DNA of 64,000 nucleotides from Chrysomallon squamiferum (GCA_012295275.1 CM022677.1:24428001-24492000), one strand, 5' to 3'; shown: positions 39,603 through 55,032, counted from the stretch's first letter. Translations and numbers: made by a program. Notes: generated from the letters alone by a model not told the origin.

Positions 39603-41225
39603 TTATATACATATATATATATTTATTTATTTATTTATTTATTTAAAAGTTTCAGTCCGTAATATTCATTTTGTAAGTAACTTACTAATAAAAGAGAGGG
39701 TAGAAAAACTAGAATAAATACCAGAAAAATCTCTCTTGTTTTGTAGAAAAAAGTCACCTTGTAAATGACAAAACGTTTGCTTACAGCACATGCTCCTAAA
39801 CCTGTCAAGTCATGACACTCTATTGCAGGTAACTAAACCTACAGCGGGTGGTCTTTGTTCATTGATCTTATAGATATGTTCAGTTCTGATAACTGACACT
39901 TTGAAGTTAACAATAAATTGTTCAGTTTAAAATAAATGCCACTAGGTTACTTCCCCTTGCATGAACTCTATTGCGATTCGAAAAAAAAATGCAGACATTT
40001 TATATTTTTAAAAGAAAATTAAAGTAAAATAATTAATACTAATAATTATGATGATGATAAAATATATTTAAAACTTCTTGGCAAAACAAACTTCCTATTA
40101 GCTAATTGACAGAGTTCAGTTTCGAGTTAAGTGAGTAAGATGTAGACTTAGCACTATCAGATTTCTGCTATGTATGTTAGTCCCATGTAATGACTAATCT
40201 ATTTATTTACCATCATTATTATTTTGTTCGTTGTTTATTTTTTATTTAATTTTCTTTCATTCTTTTTTCTTAATTTAATGATTTATTATTATCATTATTG
40301 TCATTGTTATTGTTATTTTTTTTAAAGGGTGAAATTTTTAAACTACTGGTATAAACAAAACTATGCTTTTAGAAAATTGATCTCTTCACTGGATCAGGTT
40401 GATTGCATTCTACCAAAATATGATTCTACTGTACATCTACGTACTGACTATGTAGACACAGCGGTACTGGCGTTCAGTTCTGTCTTCAGTGTTTAAATAA
40501 TAGACAAGATGTTTTGTTCCTCAACAGAAAATACTTTATTTACTGCATGTGTGTAGGTATGTGTGTGCATACGACTGTACATGTATTATGTATGTTTGTA
40601 TAAATGTATGTATTTGTGTATGTATATACATATGTATATCTGTATGTTTATGTATGTATGTATATAAAAGTTGAATCAGAATATGCAGAGCAAGCTCGTT
40701 TTTCAGTATACATCGTAAAGCATTGAAAAATTGGAGAAACAAACAACAACAATAAAATTAAATAAATAAATGAAGCAATAAATAAATGAATACATAAAGC
40801 TCAGAATTATATTCTTTACCCTTTTGCTCATGCTAAGAATAGCCAGTTTAAATTGAGTGGATATGTATGATATTTAAAAGCTGTTTTAGAAAATGAAAAT
40901 AAAACAAAATGGAAATAAATAAATAATATAAAATTAAATAATTAAGAAGAAGAAAATTGAACGAAACAAACATCCTAATATTTAAAAGACATCTAATAAC
41001 AATAATAATGTTTCGACAAATGTCTGGGCACGTGAGCAAAACGTGTGTCACATTTCGCTGATTTGGGCATGCGCGCTTAAAACAGGTTTTCCTCACTGAC
41101 AGTAACAGTATTCTAGAATTTCTGAACCTGTTTCCATAACCAAAAAGAAATTCACATTTATCTGATTCCTTTATCATATAGTAAAAGCAAAAGTAAAATA
41201 AATAATAGTAATAATGACGATATAA

Positions 41226-41272
<47 letters not shown>

Positions 41273-42004
41273 AAGAAAGAAACATGCTAATATTTAAAAG
41301 ACATCTAATAACAATAATAATATTTCCACAAATGTCTGTGTGCACGTGAGCAAAACGTGTAACACATTTCGATTATTTTGGCATGCGCGCTTAAAACAGG
41401 TTTAGCCCCTGATCTTTGATTTAAGACACCACACAGGGAATCGAAACAAGGAAATAAAATAATGCTTTGTTTTTAGAGTAATGATCATTTTAATATCATT
41501 TACATATATAATTCTGTCTCCTCACTATTTCTGTCAGTTATGATATTTTATCACAATTCAATTTTCATTTACTGTCTTAAACATTCATTTTTCGTCGTTT
41601 TTTTAACTTTTATTCTTCACAGAAACCATTCAACAGTAATCTTACATATATATATATATTTATATTTATTTATTATATATATATTTTTTTATTCAACTTT
41701 TTCATTGCGTAATATTTATTTTGTAAGTTAGTTAGAATAAAAGAGAGGATTTAAAAACTGGAATAAATACCTGAACAGTTTCTATTGTTTCGTAGAAAAA
41801 AGTCACCTTATAAATGACAAAACGTTTCCTTACGTCACATGCGCCTAAAACTTTCAAGTCATGACACTCTATTACAGGTAACTAAAACTGCAGCGGGTAG
41901 TTTTGGTTCGTTGATCTTATAGATATGTTCAGTTGTGAGAACTGACACTTTGAAGTTAACAATAAATTGTTCAGTTTAAAATAAATAAATAAATAAATAA
42001 ATAA

Positions 42005-42043
<39 letters not shown>

Positions 42044-42326
42044 TAGATATATAAATAAAATAAATATATAATTAAATAAAAAAAATAAAAAAATTAAGCA
42101 ATAAATAAAATGAATTCAAATAAAATAAAATAGTCACATTCTAATATTTAAAATATATCGAATAATAATTATTATTTTTCGAAAAATGTCTGGGCACCTG
42201 AGAAAATATGTATGACAATACGCCGATTTGGGCATGCGCGCTTCAAAGAGATCCCCCCCCTCATCTTTGTTATCACAGCATACAAACCAAATACCGAAAT
42301 AAAGAATAAATATTATATATATTTTA

Positions 42327-42393
<67 letters not shown>

Positions 42394-42396
42394 GTA

Positions 42397-42441
<45 letters not shown>

Positions 42442-44667
42442 TTATTTATTTATTTATTTAAATGTTTCAGTGCGTAATATTTATTTTATAAGTAAGTTAG
42501 TAATAAAACAGAGGATTTAAAAACTAGAATAAATATCACAAAATTCTTTCTTGTTTTGTAGAGGAAAGTCACCTTGTAAATGACAAAACGTTTGCTTACA
42601 GCACATGCGCCTAAAACTATCAAGTCATGACACTCTATTGCAGGTTACTAAAACTGCAGCGGGTAGTTTTGGTTCATTGATCTTATAGGTGTGTTCAGTT
42701 CTGATAACTGACACTTTGAAGTTAACAATAAATTGTTCAGTTTAAAATAAATGCCACTAGGTTACTTCCCCTTGCATGAACACTATTGCGATTCGAAAAA
42801 CAAAGGCAGACATTTTATATTTTTAAAAGAAAATTAAAGTACAATAATTAATTCTAATAATTATGATGATGATAAAATATTTTTGAAATTTCTTGGCAAA
42901 ACAAACTTCCTATTCGCTAATTCACAGAGTTCAGTTTCGAGTTAAGTGGGTAAGATGTAGACTTAGCGCTATGAGATTTCCGCTATATGAGTCCCATGTA
43001 ATGACTAATCTATTTATTTACCATCATTATTATTTTGTTCGTTGTTTATTTTTTATTTAATTTTCTTTCATTCTTTTTTCTTAATTTAATGATTTATTAT
43101 TATTATTATTGTCATTGTTATTGTTATTTTTTTTAAAGGGTGAAATTTTTAAACTCTACATGTATAAACAAAACTATGCTTTTAGAAAATTGATCTCTTC
43201 AATGGATCAGGTTGATTGCATTCTACCAAAATATGATTCTACTGTACATCTACGTACTGACTATGTAGACACAGCGGTACTGGTGTTCAGTTCTGTCTTC
43301 CGTGTTTAAATAATAGTCATTAAGTTTTGTTCCTCAACAGAAAATACTTCATGTACTGCATGCGTGTAGATATGTGTGTGCATATGTCTGTATATGTATT
43401 ATGTATGTTTGTATAAATGTATGTATGTATATAAAAGTTGAATTAGAATATGCAGAGCAAGCCCGTTTTTCAGTATACATCGTAAAGCATTGGCAAATTG
43501 GAGAAACAAACAACAACAATAAAATTAAATAAATAAATGAAGCAATAAATAAATAAATAAATAAAGCTTAGAATTATATTCTTTACACTTTTCCAAGAAT
43601 AGCGAGTTTAAATTGAGTGGATATGTATGACAATTAAAAGCTATTTTAGAAAATGAAAATAAAACAAAATGGAAATAAATAAATAATATAAAATTAAATA
43701 AATAAGAAGAAGAAAATTGAATGAAACAAACATCCTAATATTTAAAAGACATCTAAGAACAATAATAGTGTTTCGACAAATGTCTGGGCACGTGAGCAAA
43801 ACGTGTGACACATTTCGCTGATTTGAGCATGCGCGCTTAAAACAGGTTTAGCCCCTGATCTTTGATTTAAGACACCACACAGGGAATCGAAACAAGGAAA
43901 TAAAATATTGCTTTGTTTTTAGAGTAATGATCATTTTAATATCATTTACATATATAATTCTGTCTCCTCACTATTTCTGTCAGTTATGATATTTTATCAC
44001 AATTCAATTTCTATTTATTGTCTTAAACATTCATTTTTCTTCGTTTTTTAAGTTTTTTCTTCACAGAAACCATTCAACAGTAATCTTACAAATATATATT
44101 TATATTTATTTATTATATATATATTTTTTTATTCAAATCTTTCATTGCGTAATATTTGTTTTCTAAGTAAGTTAGAAAAAATTCACCTTATAAATGACAA
44201 AACCGTTTTGCTTACGGCTAATGCGCCTAAAACTATCAAGTCATGACACTCTATTGCAGGTAACTAAAACTGCAGCGGGTAGCTTTGGTTCGTTGATCTT
44301 ACATGTGTGTTCAGTTATGAAAACTGACCCGTTGAAGTTGCGAATAAATGGTTTAATTTTAAATAAATAACTGAATGAATAAATAAATAAATATATAAAT
44401 AAATATATAAATAAATAAAATAAAATAAAAATTAATGAATAAAGAAATTGAATTCAAATAAAATAAAATAAAGTCACATTCTAATATTTAATATATATTG
44501 AATAATAATTATTATTTTTCGAAAAATGTCTGTGGGCACCTGAGAAAATATGTATGACAATACGCCGATTTGGGCATGCGCGCTTCAAAGAGATTTTCCA
44601 CCCCTCATCTTTGTTGTTATCACAGCATACAAACCAAATACCGAAATAAAATATTATATATATTTTA

Positions 44668-44726
<59 letters not shown>

Positions 44727-47700
44727 TTTTATATACATATATATATATATATATTTATTTATTTATTTATTTAAAAGTTTCAGTCCGTAATATTTATTTT
44801 GTAAGTAACTTACTAATAAAAGAGAGGGTAGAAAAACTAGAATAAATACCAGAAAAATCTCTCTTGTTTTGTAGAAAAAAGTCACCTTGTAAATGACAAA
44901 ACGTTTGCTTACAGCACATGCTCCTAAAACTATCAAGTCATGACATGCTATTGCAGGTTACTAAAACTGCAGCGGGTAGTTTTGGTTCATTGATCTTATA
45001 CGTGTGTTCACTTCTGATAACTGACACTTTGAAGTTAACAATAAATTGTTCAGTTTAAAATAAATGCCACTAGGTTACTTCCCCTTGCATGAACTCTATT
45101 GCGATTCGAAAAAAAAATGCAGACATTTTATATTTTTAAAAGAAAATTAAAGTAAAATAATTAATACTAATAATTATGATGATGATAAAATATATTTAAA
45201 ACTTCTTGGCAGAACAAACTTCCTATTAGCTAATTGACAGAGTTAAGTTTCGAGTTAAGTGGGTAAGATGTAGACTTAGCGCTATCAGATTTCTGCTATG
45301 TATGTTACTCCCATGTAATGACTAATCTATTTATTTACCATCATTATTATTTTGTTCGTTGTTTATTTTTTATTTAATTTTCTTATATTCTTTTTCTTTC
45401 ATTCTTTTTTCTTAATTTAATGATTTATTATTATTATTGTCATTGTTATTGTTATTGCTTTTAATGGTGAAAATTTTAAACTACTGGTATAAACAAAACT
45501 ATGCTTTTAGAAAATTGATCTCTTCACTGGATCAGGTTGATTGCATTCTACCAAAATATGATTCGACTGTACATCTACGTACTGACTATGTAGACACAGC
45601 GGTACTGGTGTTTAGTTCTGTCTTCAGTGTTTAAATAATAGACAAGATGTTTTGTTCCTCAACAGAAAATACTTTATGTACTGCATGTGTGTAGGTATGT
45701 GTGTGCATACGTCTGTATATGTATTATGTATGTTTGTATAAATGTATGTATTTGTGTATGTATATAAAAGTTGAATCAGAATATGCAGAGCAAGCCCGTT
45801 TTTCAGTATACATCGTAAAGCATTGACAAATTGGAGAAACAAACAACAACAATAAAATTAAATAAATCAATGAAGCAATAAATAAGTAAATAAATAAAGC
45901 TTAGAATTATATTCTTTACCCTTTTCCTCATGCTAAGAATAGCGAGTTTAAATTGAGTGGATATGTATGACAATTAAAAGCTGTTTTAGAAAATGAAAAT
46001 AAAACAAAATGGAAACAAATAAATAATATAAAATTAAATAATTAAGAAGAAGAAAATTGAATGAAACAAACATCCTAATATTTAAAAGACATCTAAGAAC
46101 AATAATAGTGTTTCGACAAATGTCTGGGCACGTGAGCAAAACGTGTGACACATTTCGCTGATTTGGGCATGCGCGCTTAAAACAGGTTTTCCTCACTGAC
46201 AGTAACAGTATTCTAGAATGTCTGAACATGTTTCCATAACCAAAAAGAAATTCACATTTACCTGATTGCTTTGTAGCATATAATACCAAATGCTTATTTG
46301 TTGTTAAGATAACTAACAAGATATTGTACTGAAAGTATCTAAGTCCTGTGTCTCTAGTTAGCTTGAACAGAAAATATATACTTTTCCATCATTTGACATA
46401 GAAATCTACACGAAAAGAAAGCAAAAGTAAAATAAATAATAGTAATAATGACGATTATAATAAATAAATAAATAAATGAAAGAAAGAAACATGCTAATAT
46501 TTAAAAGACATCTAATAACAATTATAATGTTTCCACAAATGTCTGTGTGAACGTGAGCAAAACGTGACACATTTCGATTATTTGGGCATGCGCGCTTAAA
46601 ACAGGTTTTGCCCCTGATCTTTTATTTAAGACACCACACAGGGAATCGAAACAAGGAAATAAAATAATGCTTTGTTTTTAGGGTAATGATCATTTTAATA
46701 TCATTTACATATATAATTCTGTCTCCTCACTATTTTCGTCAGCTAAGATATTTTATCACAATTCAGTTTTTTTTTATTGTCTTAAACATTCATTTTTCTT
46801 CGTTTTTTAACTTTTTTTCTTCACAGAAACCATTCAACAGTAATCTTACAAATTTATATATATTTATATTTATTTATTATATATATATTTTTTTATTCAA
46901 CTTTTTCATTGCGTAATATTTATTTTGTAAGTAAGTTAGAATAAAAGAGAGGATTTAAAAACTGGAATAAATACGTGAAAAGTTTCTATTGTTTCGTAGA
47001 AAAAAGTCACCTTGTAAATGACAAAACCGTTTTGCTTACGGCACATGCGCCTAAAACTATCAAGTCATGACAATCTATTGCAGGTAACTAAAACTGCGGC
47101 GGGTAGTTTTGGTTCGTTCATCTAATAGATATGTGCAGTTGTGAGAACTGACCCGTTGAAGTTGCGAATCAATTGTTTAATTTAAAATAAATAAATGAAT
47201 GAATATATATATATATATATACAAAATGAATATATAAATAAATAAAATAAAATAAAAATTAAGTAATAAATAAAATGAATTCAAATAAAATAAAATAAAG
47301 TCACATTCTAATATTTAAAATATATCGAATAATAATTATTATTTTTCGAAAAATGTCTGTGGGCACAATACGCCGATTTGGGCATGCGCGCTTCAAAGAG
47401 ATTCCCCCCCACCCCTCATCTTTGTTATCACAGCATACAAACCAAATACCGAAATAAAGAAATAAAATATTATATATATTTATATTTATTTATTATATAT
47501 ATAATTTTTTATTCAACTTTTTCATTGCGTAATATTTATTTTGTAAGTAAGTTAGAATAAAAGAGAGGATTTAAAAACTGGAATAAATACCTGAAAAGTT
47601 TCTATTGTTTCGTAGAAAAAAGTCACCTTGTAAATGACAAAACGTTTGCTTACGGAACATGCGCCTAAAACTATCAAGTCATGACATGCTATTGCAGGTT

Positions 47701-47813
47701 ACTAAAACTGCAGCGGGTAGTTTTGGTTCGTTGATCTTTTAGGTGTGTTCAGTTGTGAGAACTGACCCGTTGAAGTTGCGAATAAATTGTTTAATTTAAA
47801 GTAAATAAATGAA

Positions 47814-47853
<40 letters not shown>

Positions 47854-49640
47854 AAATGAATATATAAATAAATAAAATAAAATAAAAATTAAGTAATAAA
47901 TAAAATGAATTCAAATAAAATAAAATAAAGTCACATTCTAATATTTAAAATATATCGAATAATAATTATTATTTTTCGAAAAATGTCTGTGGGCACCTGA
48001 GAAAATATGTATGACAATACGCCGATTTGGGCATGCGCGCTTCAAAGAGATTCCCCCCCACCCTTCATCTTTGTTATCACAGCATACAAACCAAATACCG
48101 AAATAAAGAATAAATATTATATATATTTTATATTATTATTATTATTATTATTATTATTTTATATACATACAATCATATATATATATTTTAATGTTTCAGT
48201 GCGTAATATTTATTTTGTAAGTAAGTTAGTAATAAAACAGGAGATATGAAAACTAGAGTACATACCTGAAAATTCTTTCTTCTTTCGTATAGGAAAGTCA
48301 CCTTGCAAATGACAAACTATATGCTTATGTCACATGCGCCTAAAACTGTCAAGTCATGACACTCTATTGCAGGTAACTAAAACTGGAGCTTGTTGATTGT
48401 GTTCGTCAATCACATAGATATGCTGAGTTCTGATAACTGACCCGTTGAAGTTAAGAATTAATTGTTCAATTTAAAATGAATGTCATTAGGTTACTTCGCC
48501 TTGCATGAACTCAAATGCGATTCGATAAAGAAAGGCAGACATTTTATATTAATTATGATGACGATAAAATATTTTTAAAACTTCTTGGCAAAACAAACCT
48601 GCTATTCTGTAATTCACAGAGTTCAGTTTCGAGTTAGCTGGGTAAGATGTAGACTTAGCGGTATCAAATTTCTGCTATATGAGTCCCATGTAATGACTAT
48701 TCCATTTATTTACCATCATTATTATTTTTTTCGTTGTTTATTTTTTATTTAATTTTCTTATATTCTTTTTCTTTCATTCTTTTTTCTGAATTTAATGATT
48801 TATTATTACTATTATTATTGTCATTGTTATTGTGTTTTTTTTTAATGGTGAAATTTTTAAACTCTACTGGTATAAACAAAACTATGCTTTTAGAAAATTG
48901 ATCTCTTCACTGGATCAGGTTGATTGCATTCTACTGAAATGTGATTCTACTGTACATCTACGTACTGACTATGTAGACACAGCGGTACTGGTGTTCAGTT
49001 CTGTCTTCCGTGTTTAAATAATAGACAATATGTTTTGTTCCTCAACACAAAATACTTCATGTACTGCATGCGTCTATGTATGTATTTGTGTATGTATATA
49101 GATATGTATGTCTGTGTATGTTTATATATGTATGTATACAAAAGTTGAATCAGAATATGCAGAGCAAGCCCTTTGTTCAGTTTTCCTTTCACTAGTACTG
49201 ATTTGATTTTTTCTTCGAAAAACGGTAAAGATTCATTTTCGTATACATTGTAAGGAATTGAAAAATTGGAGGAAAAAAAAGAAACAACAACAATAAAATA
49301 AAACAAAACAAAGAAAGAAATAAAACAATACATAAATAAATAAAGTTCAGAATTATTCTTTACTATTTTGCTCATGCTAAGAATAGCGAGTTTAAATTGA
49401 GTGGATGACAATTAAAGACAGCTTTAAAAAAGGAAATAAAACAAAATGGAAATAAGTAAATAAATAATATAAAATAAAATAATTAAGCAGAAGAAAACTG
49501 AATGAAGGAAACATACTAATATTTAAAAGAAATCGAATAATAATAATTATATTTCGAAAACTTTCTGTGGGCACCTGAGCAAAACTTGTATGACACAATT
49601 CTCCGATTTGGACATGCGCGCTTAAAACAGGTTTTACAAT
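33766..49640. repeat. Irregular macrosatellite, units ~1.7-3.4 kb
   Basis: Module anchor recurs at ~36035, ~37690, ~40028, ~42843, ~45157 and ~48550. 34150-36000 closely matches 22500-24400. Confidence 0.92.
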
Positions 49641-50277
49641 ATTGGCCTTTTTTTTGTCTAGACAGCCTACGCTGGAAAATTCGAAACAAGGCAACACATT
49701 TTTTTTTTTTTTATTTTTTTTTTTTATTAATGATTTTTTTTTTTTTTTTTTTTTCGTTTATTAAATTTTCTGTTTCACAGAAAACGTTCCGCAAGAGTCC
49801 TATACTTAAAAAAAAACACAACCCCGCAAAAAAAAATTGTTTTCGCAACATTAAATCGAAAAACTGCAAGTCACAATTTCTGGGTTTGATTATATATAGC
49901 ATTTATTTTTAACTTTTAATCCGAGCTGTAATTGAATGATAGCAAACAAATATCCTCATACAAGTATATTTCGTTAATTAGGATTAAAAACTGGAAATGA
50001 GATAGCACTTCATATTCAACTTTTCAAAACAATTTCAATAGCTACTGATATTTGAATTGTTTGTTTGCGATCAGTGTAAAAGTCTTTAGCAAAACACAAT
50101 CGAGATTTGCTTATAAAATGAATATAGAAAAGGGTTTTGTATTCAAATGTAGATAAAGCTAAATTAAAAGAATTAAAAACACAGAAAATTAAAAAAGCAC
50201 CTGTCTCTCAACGATTACTTGATACATATAAACAAAAATACTCCCAATAAGACAAAGAAAAGAAAACCCGCAATGGT

Positions 50278-51957
50278 TATAATTATTATTATTTTCACTA
50301 CAGAATGTACAGTATAAAGTATAGTACAATTAATCCTAACATGACAAAATATAAAATTAAATTAATGTGTTAAAATACAGAAGTCTTTAGATTATCGAGA
50401 AAGACAAGAACCAAAAAACTACAGATAATTATCTACTATAGGTTCCTAGTAATTAATATTTATCACATAAATACACAGTGATTGTTACAGTAAGAAACAT
50501 ACAAGAATACAATCAAAATAATTATGACATATTTACATTTCTTTTTTTTTTTCAAAATCTTGTCACATTTTATTGTTCCGTTATTTATCTTACGAACATA
50601 CTTTTCTGCACAATAAATAAATAAACATGTTCAGAACATTTTGGAATCCAGTTAAAATAAGTTGTTAGTGGTTGCATTTTGATTTATAGATATAGTGTTT
50701 GGCAATTAACAATATTAAATTGGCTCTATCACCTTTGTCAGAATAATTTCGGTTGTCTTAAATAATTGCATTTATTTGAAGTCTCACATTTGTTGACAAA
50801 AGTATCTAGTTTGTAACAGTGTTCCAGAATGTCTGAACATTTTTACGTAAGCCAAACGAAATTCACATTTATCTTTTATATCTTTATACCATATAATACC
50901 AAATGCTTATTTGTTGTTAAGATAATTAACAAGATGTTATATTGAAAATATCTAAGTCCTGTGTTTATAGTTAACTTGAACAGAAGAAGATGTATACTTT
51001 TCCATTATTTGTCACATAAATCTCTACCAAAAATATACTGCCATTTTATTTTGGCATTTATTTTGTGCTTTGAAATAATTTCTATTATATAATCACAGCA
51101 GAATGTTTTACCAACAATTGTTTTGAGGTGTTCTTCTGTAAAATTAGAAATTCCTGATATTTGTAATGTTACCTCGTTTGTAATACAAAGACAATTTATA
51201 ATATTTTTTAACTACTAATATCAAACCATTGCAAAATAGCATAAGATTTATTGCTCTTAAACCACTCTCTTGATAATCCTGAATTAATATTTGTTCTAGC
51301 TATTTGATCGAGCTTTTAAATTGAAACGAACTGAACGAATTAGGTTTCTATTTTTTTAAACAAAGAATCTGTTGGATAAAAAAGAAAACATTTCTTTTTC
51401 CATATAACAACATTTTTGATTTCAGTCATTTTTTTTAGAGTCGTGAAACAACGTTTTAAGCATTGTTCATGAAGCCTGTTAACCTCACTCATATTAATAG
51501 TTTGATTCTTGTATTAGATACAGATGTGTGGAAAACTTTACCCCAAATATCGTAAATACTGTAGTCCATTTTAATTTATGTTTTGATGACAGTTTTCTAA
51601 GATTATTATTGTCTTTGCCTAATTTGCTTGATCAGTTTTAGCTTATTAACTCTGAGATCACACATATTGTTAAAATAGTATAATGTTCCCGCACATGCTG
51701 TAAGAGTTTTATCACACCAGTCCAATAGCAATGTTGTGTCTTCGAGAAACTGAAATTTTGAATTCACTGACGTTTATCTCAATCCCGTGTATATCTTTGT
51801 TGCACACTGTTTATCCTTGAAGCTTGTTCTAAGTCATTAGATTTGTCCATAGGCAACTCAGTTTTATATATAGATAGTGTGGCTCTTATATTTACTTTCT
51901 CTGTTGTTTTTTTAACTTATCATTTTGTATTTCCAGTCTGATAATAATTTCTTTCAT
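50278..51957 (-). mobile_element. L1/Tx1 LINE fossil downstream of caspase copy 3
   Basis: Collinear with 15291-16967; RT motif FLEDTTLLLDW at ~51715-51750. Confidence 0.85.
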
Positions 51958-52166
51958 ATGATGTAATATTTCTTTTTTATTTTCATCTAGTTGTCTGAAT
52001 TCGTCCGATAATGAAATGTACTATTTCTAAAAGTCGACCTTTGAGAGGAATTGTGGGAAAACTGTATTGTTGTTTGTTGTTTTTCTGTTTCTTCTTCTTG
52101 GTTAGTTTTTGTTCGCATTTGGTTTAAGGGTGGGTTTTTGTAACCACACTGACAAATCGGAATTGT

Positions 52167-54665
52167 TCATTCAGGTTTTTTGTAAACAGGGCAGAAAACA
52201 AATTGTTTTCTTAATGTTGAATTGGTCCACGGCACTTGTTTATTGGTGCAATCGTCCCCTGGTGGGTTTTTATCACTTACGTCATCACTGACTGCACCCA
52301 TTACGTTAGAAATATTTTCATGTTTGTATTTAAGAAGATTGTCACAAAGCAGTTTAATATATAAAGATCCTGTATTTTCATTACGGTAAGACGCATATCC
52401 TGGCTCGCTTGAACAAGCAGTGTAGAAATCACAGCCCTCGGCAGTGAAATGTGTCGCTTCTTCAACATTGACGTCAGATTTAGTATCTAGTTCTGCTTTC
52501 TGATGTTTATCACCTTGGCAGGACTGGATAAAAAACAGCTTTGGTTTATCACGGAGGGACTCACAAGACCGGAAATAAGAAGTGACTTCCCGTAAGGTTA
52601 CTTTCTTTTCATTTACACACAGGACCGATCCCTCACTACCGTGTGCGAGAATGCAGCAGACAAAAGCGTCGCTTTCAATATCGTCGCGTTTTGACATCAC
52701 TTTGAGTACATTTTCCATTCTCGAGTGACTGAGATCCGTGTGAACAACGACATCGAAGAAAAGTTTCTCAAATGTCTCTCTCAGTCTCTCAACGTCCACA
52801 CTCGAGCCTGTACGTTGTTCCAATGATTTATAATTTTCGTTGTTTATTATAATACATATCCCACGTTTCTGATGCGTCATTTCATAAACTGGAAACTCTG
52901 AGCTGCAGTTTACTACGTTTAAACTGGTAAGAAGGGAAATGGACTTGGTATGGTTGTACATGAGGTTCACCAGCTCCAAGAAGCTGTTGCATTGAATCTC
53001 GTACATTCCTTTCTTGTATGAAAGGAGCCAATGATCTGGTCGTTTGCCGATCATGTCACAACGCCATATTGTGTCTCCAGATACCGTTTCACGTATAGAA
53101 CCAGTATCTATGATGCCAGGAATTATTTCAATTTCAGTTTGTCTGATGTTTCTTTCTTCAGCTACCTTCAAGATCTCAATTAACAGAGTCAGATAGTCGG
53201 CTACTCTCTCTGACAGATTTACATTGTTGTTGATTTCTTTTTCAAAACGATTTCTTAGATCTTTCAAATTCACCGTTTTCTCTTCGTGTAGCGTCACCAC
53301 TTCGTTCTTTTCTGTGTCTTTGTTGTTTTGTGTGCTTTCTACCTCTTCATTCTTTGGTGTGCTTTCTATTTCTTCACTCTTTTGTGTGTTTTCTGTCTCT
53401 TCTTTGTTTTGTGTGTTTTCTGCCTCTTCTTTCTTTTGTGTGTTTTCTGTCTCTTCTTTGTTTTGTCTATTTTGTGTCTCGTCTTTGTTTTTTATGTTTT
53501 CTGTCTCTTCTTTCTTTTGTCTATTTTGTGTCTCGTCTTTGTTTTTTTTTGTGCTTTCTGTCTCTTCTTTGTTTTTGTGTTTTCTGTCTCCTCTTTGTTT
53601 TAGTGTGTTTTCTGCCTCTTTTTTCTTTTGTCTGTTTTCTGCCTCTTCTTTCTTTTGTGTGTTTTCTGTCTCTTGTTTCTTTTGTGTGTTTTCTGCCTCT
53701 TCTTTCTTTTTTGTGTGTTTTCTGTCTCTTCTTTGTTTAGTGTGTTTTGTGTCTCCTCTTTGTTTTGTCTGTTTTCTGTCTCTTCTTTGTTTTGTATGCT
53801 TTCTGTCTCTTCTTTGTTTAGTGTGTTTTCTGTCTCTTCTTTTTTTTGTGTGTTTTCTGTCTCTTCTTTGTTTTGTGTGCTTTCTGTCTCTTCTTTGTTT
53901 TTTGTGTGTTTTTTCTGTCTCTTCTTTGTTTTGTGTGCTTTCTGTCTCTTCTTTGTTTTGTATGCTTTCTGTCTCTTCTTTGTTTTTGTGTGTTTTCTGT
54001 CTCTTCTTTGTTTTGTATGCTTTCTGTCTCTTCTTTTTTTTTGTATGCTTTCTGTCTCTCTTTTTGTTTTAGTGTGTTTTTGTGTCTCCTCTTTGTTTTA
54101 GTGTGTTTTCTGTCTCTTCTTTGTTTTTGTGTGTTTTCTGTCTCTTCTTTGTTTTGTGTGTTTTCTGTCTCTTCTTTGTTTAGTGTGTTTTCTGTCTCCT
54201 CTTTGTTTTAGTGTGCTTTCTGTCTCTTCGTTGTTTTGTGTGCTTTCTGCCTCTTCTTTGTTTTGTGTGCTTTTTCTGCCTCTTCTTTGTTTTGTGTGCT
54301 TTCTGTCTCTTCTTTGTTTTGTGTGCTTTCTGTCTCTTCTTTGTTTTGTGTGCTTTCTGTCTCTTCTTTTTTTTGTGTGCTTTCTGTCTCTTCTTCTTTT
54401 TTTGTGTGTTTTCTGTCTCTTCTTTGTTTTGTGTGTTTTCTGTCTCTTCTTTGTTTTCTGTGTTGTCTATCTTTACTTTCTTTTTTTGTTTTCTTTGTTT
54501 CTTCGTTGTTTTGTACCTTTTCTGTGTTTTCTTTGTTTGTTCTATTAAGTTTTTTTTCAATTCATCAGTTATTTTCCAATCTCATTGGTCTCAAGTTAAA
54601 CTGAGCACAGAGTCAATATACACTGTGTCCGGAATGTATTCTGTTAAATGTATCAGATTTTCCAT
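52167..54665 (-). CDS. Caspase copy 3 (QSCQG variant) with a long 9-aa repeat; many frameshifts in the N-terminal part
   Basis: ORF 52167-53300 is intact, with LAHG, QSCQG (52512-52526) and SYRN. ATG MENLIHL at 54665. Numerous homopolymer indels occur in 53540-54615. Confidence 0.85.
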
Positions 54666-54715
54666 TGTTTCCGTTGAATGCGACTCAGCGAAGAAGTGAT
54701 TCAGTGATCATCTAA

Positions 54716-54779
<64 letters not shown>

Positions 54780-54994
54780 TGGTAGCACTAGTAGTAGTAG
54801 TAGTAGCAGCAGCAACAACAAGAACAGCAGCAAGTTGTAGTAATTGTACTAAGAATCACAGTACAATACGTTTTTTATTTTATAATATGTATTGTATTTG
54901 TTTTGTTTTGTGTGTGTATGTATGTATGTATTGTATCTGTAAGTGTGTGTCTGTGAATGTTTCTGTATGTGTGTGCAAGTGCAAGTTATTTATA

Positions 54995-55032
<38 letters not shown>

